Assembly: GCA_003166335.1 (NCBI GenBank)
Contig: PMWA01000044.1
Coordinates: forward strand, 1,898 to 19,638
Source: Methanobacterium sp.
Lineage (GTDB): Archaea; Methanobacteriota; Methanobacteria; Methanobacteriales; Methanobacteriaceae
Direction of reading: 5' to 3'
Length of the DNA stretch: 17,741 nt
Part shown: positions 17,302 to 17,741 of the stretch, piece by piece
How positions within the stretch are numbered: the stretch's first letter is position 1
Layout of the letters: every line of letters begins with the position of its first letter
Position numbers and translations under genes: made by a program
Notes under the pieces: generated by a model
Told to the model about the DNA's origin: nothing
Seen by the model: only the letters and a program-made list of their open reading frames with translations
Databases searched by the model: none

Positions 17302-17716
17302 GTGGTTGCTCCTTCTTAAATCAATGGTTCTCTCGAATGATTTAAATTCTATTATTATGTTTTAAATATATCTACAACATTTGTTAGCATGTTACTAGCG
17401 TTATAGGAGATTTATCAACTAAATCCATAAAAAATTGGTTTCATCATCTCTGCTGAGTGTGATGGTTATGTTATCCATATATAGCAGCTCAAATTTTAGA
17501 TGAAAAAAATGGGGTAAGTTTGGGTTTATTGGATTAACACATATAAAACCATTCATGAGCGTATTTCCCGTAATAAGGGCATTCTTCTTTTCATGAGTAG
17601 AGTCAATTTGACTCTGAATCAGAAATTTGCAAGATGAAAAACTGTTACACGACTAATTTTCACCTTTTAAAATAATAGATAAAATTGAATTTTAAGGACC
17701 AGAATAAGGTTAATGT

Positions 17717-17741
17717 ATGGAAAAACAGTTTAAAATTCGGT
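17717..17741 (+). CDS. Possible start of the next gene (MEKQFKIR...), truncated by the window edge
   Basis: ATG at 17717 preceded by AAGGT; open to the window end. Confidence 0.3.

Noticed and set aside
17455..17475. His-rich stretch (HNHH) upstream of hisG as an attenuator peptide
   Set aside because: Immediately preceded by an in-frame TAA, with no start codon

Overview
AT-rich archaeal chromosomal DNA, most consistent with a pseudomurein-walled methanogen (Methanobacterium-like, Methanobacteriales). This is judged from pseudomurein-binding-repeat (PMBR) proteins, a DUF11 adhesin, the MGYLxC zinc-ribbon protein, BRE/TATA promoters and GGAGG/GGTG Shine-Dalgarno (SD) sites. From left to right: the 5' part of a membrane-anchored SAM methyltransferase (missed by the ORF track); three paralogous secreted PMBR proteins, each fused to a different catalytic-type domain (an uncharacterised 'RAHDDNF' domain, a transglutaminase-like Cys protease, and a BPL_N/class I GATase-like domain with an intact Cys-His-Glu triad); a degenerate nucleotidyltransferase fused to a Cas2/VapD-like domain; nitroreductase; hypotheticals; PfpI; a Zn-ribbon membrane protein; an MFS exporter; minD; a DUF11/Ig adhesin; rfbD; and hisG. 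The most striking observation is the shared 5' architecture of the three PMBR genes: TATA box, then a 5'-UTR hairpin abutting the SD, then a G-rich SD, then an in-frame ATT codon. Starting at that ATT gives each protein a basic signal-peptide n-region, which the ATG-called genes 1 and 3 lack. This suggests a translationally co-controlled, AUU-initiated cell-wall remodelling module. No CRISPR array, rRNA, tRNA or transposase was seen.
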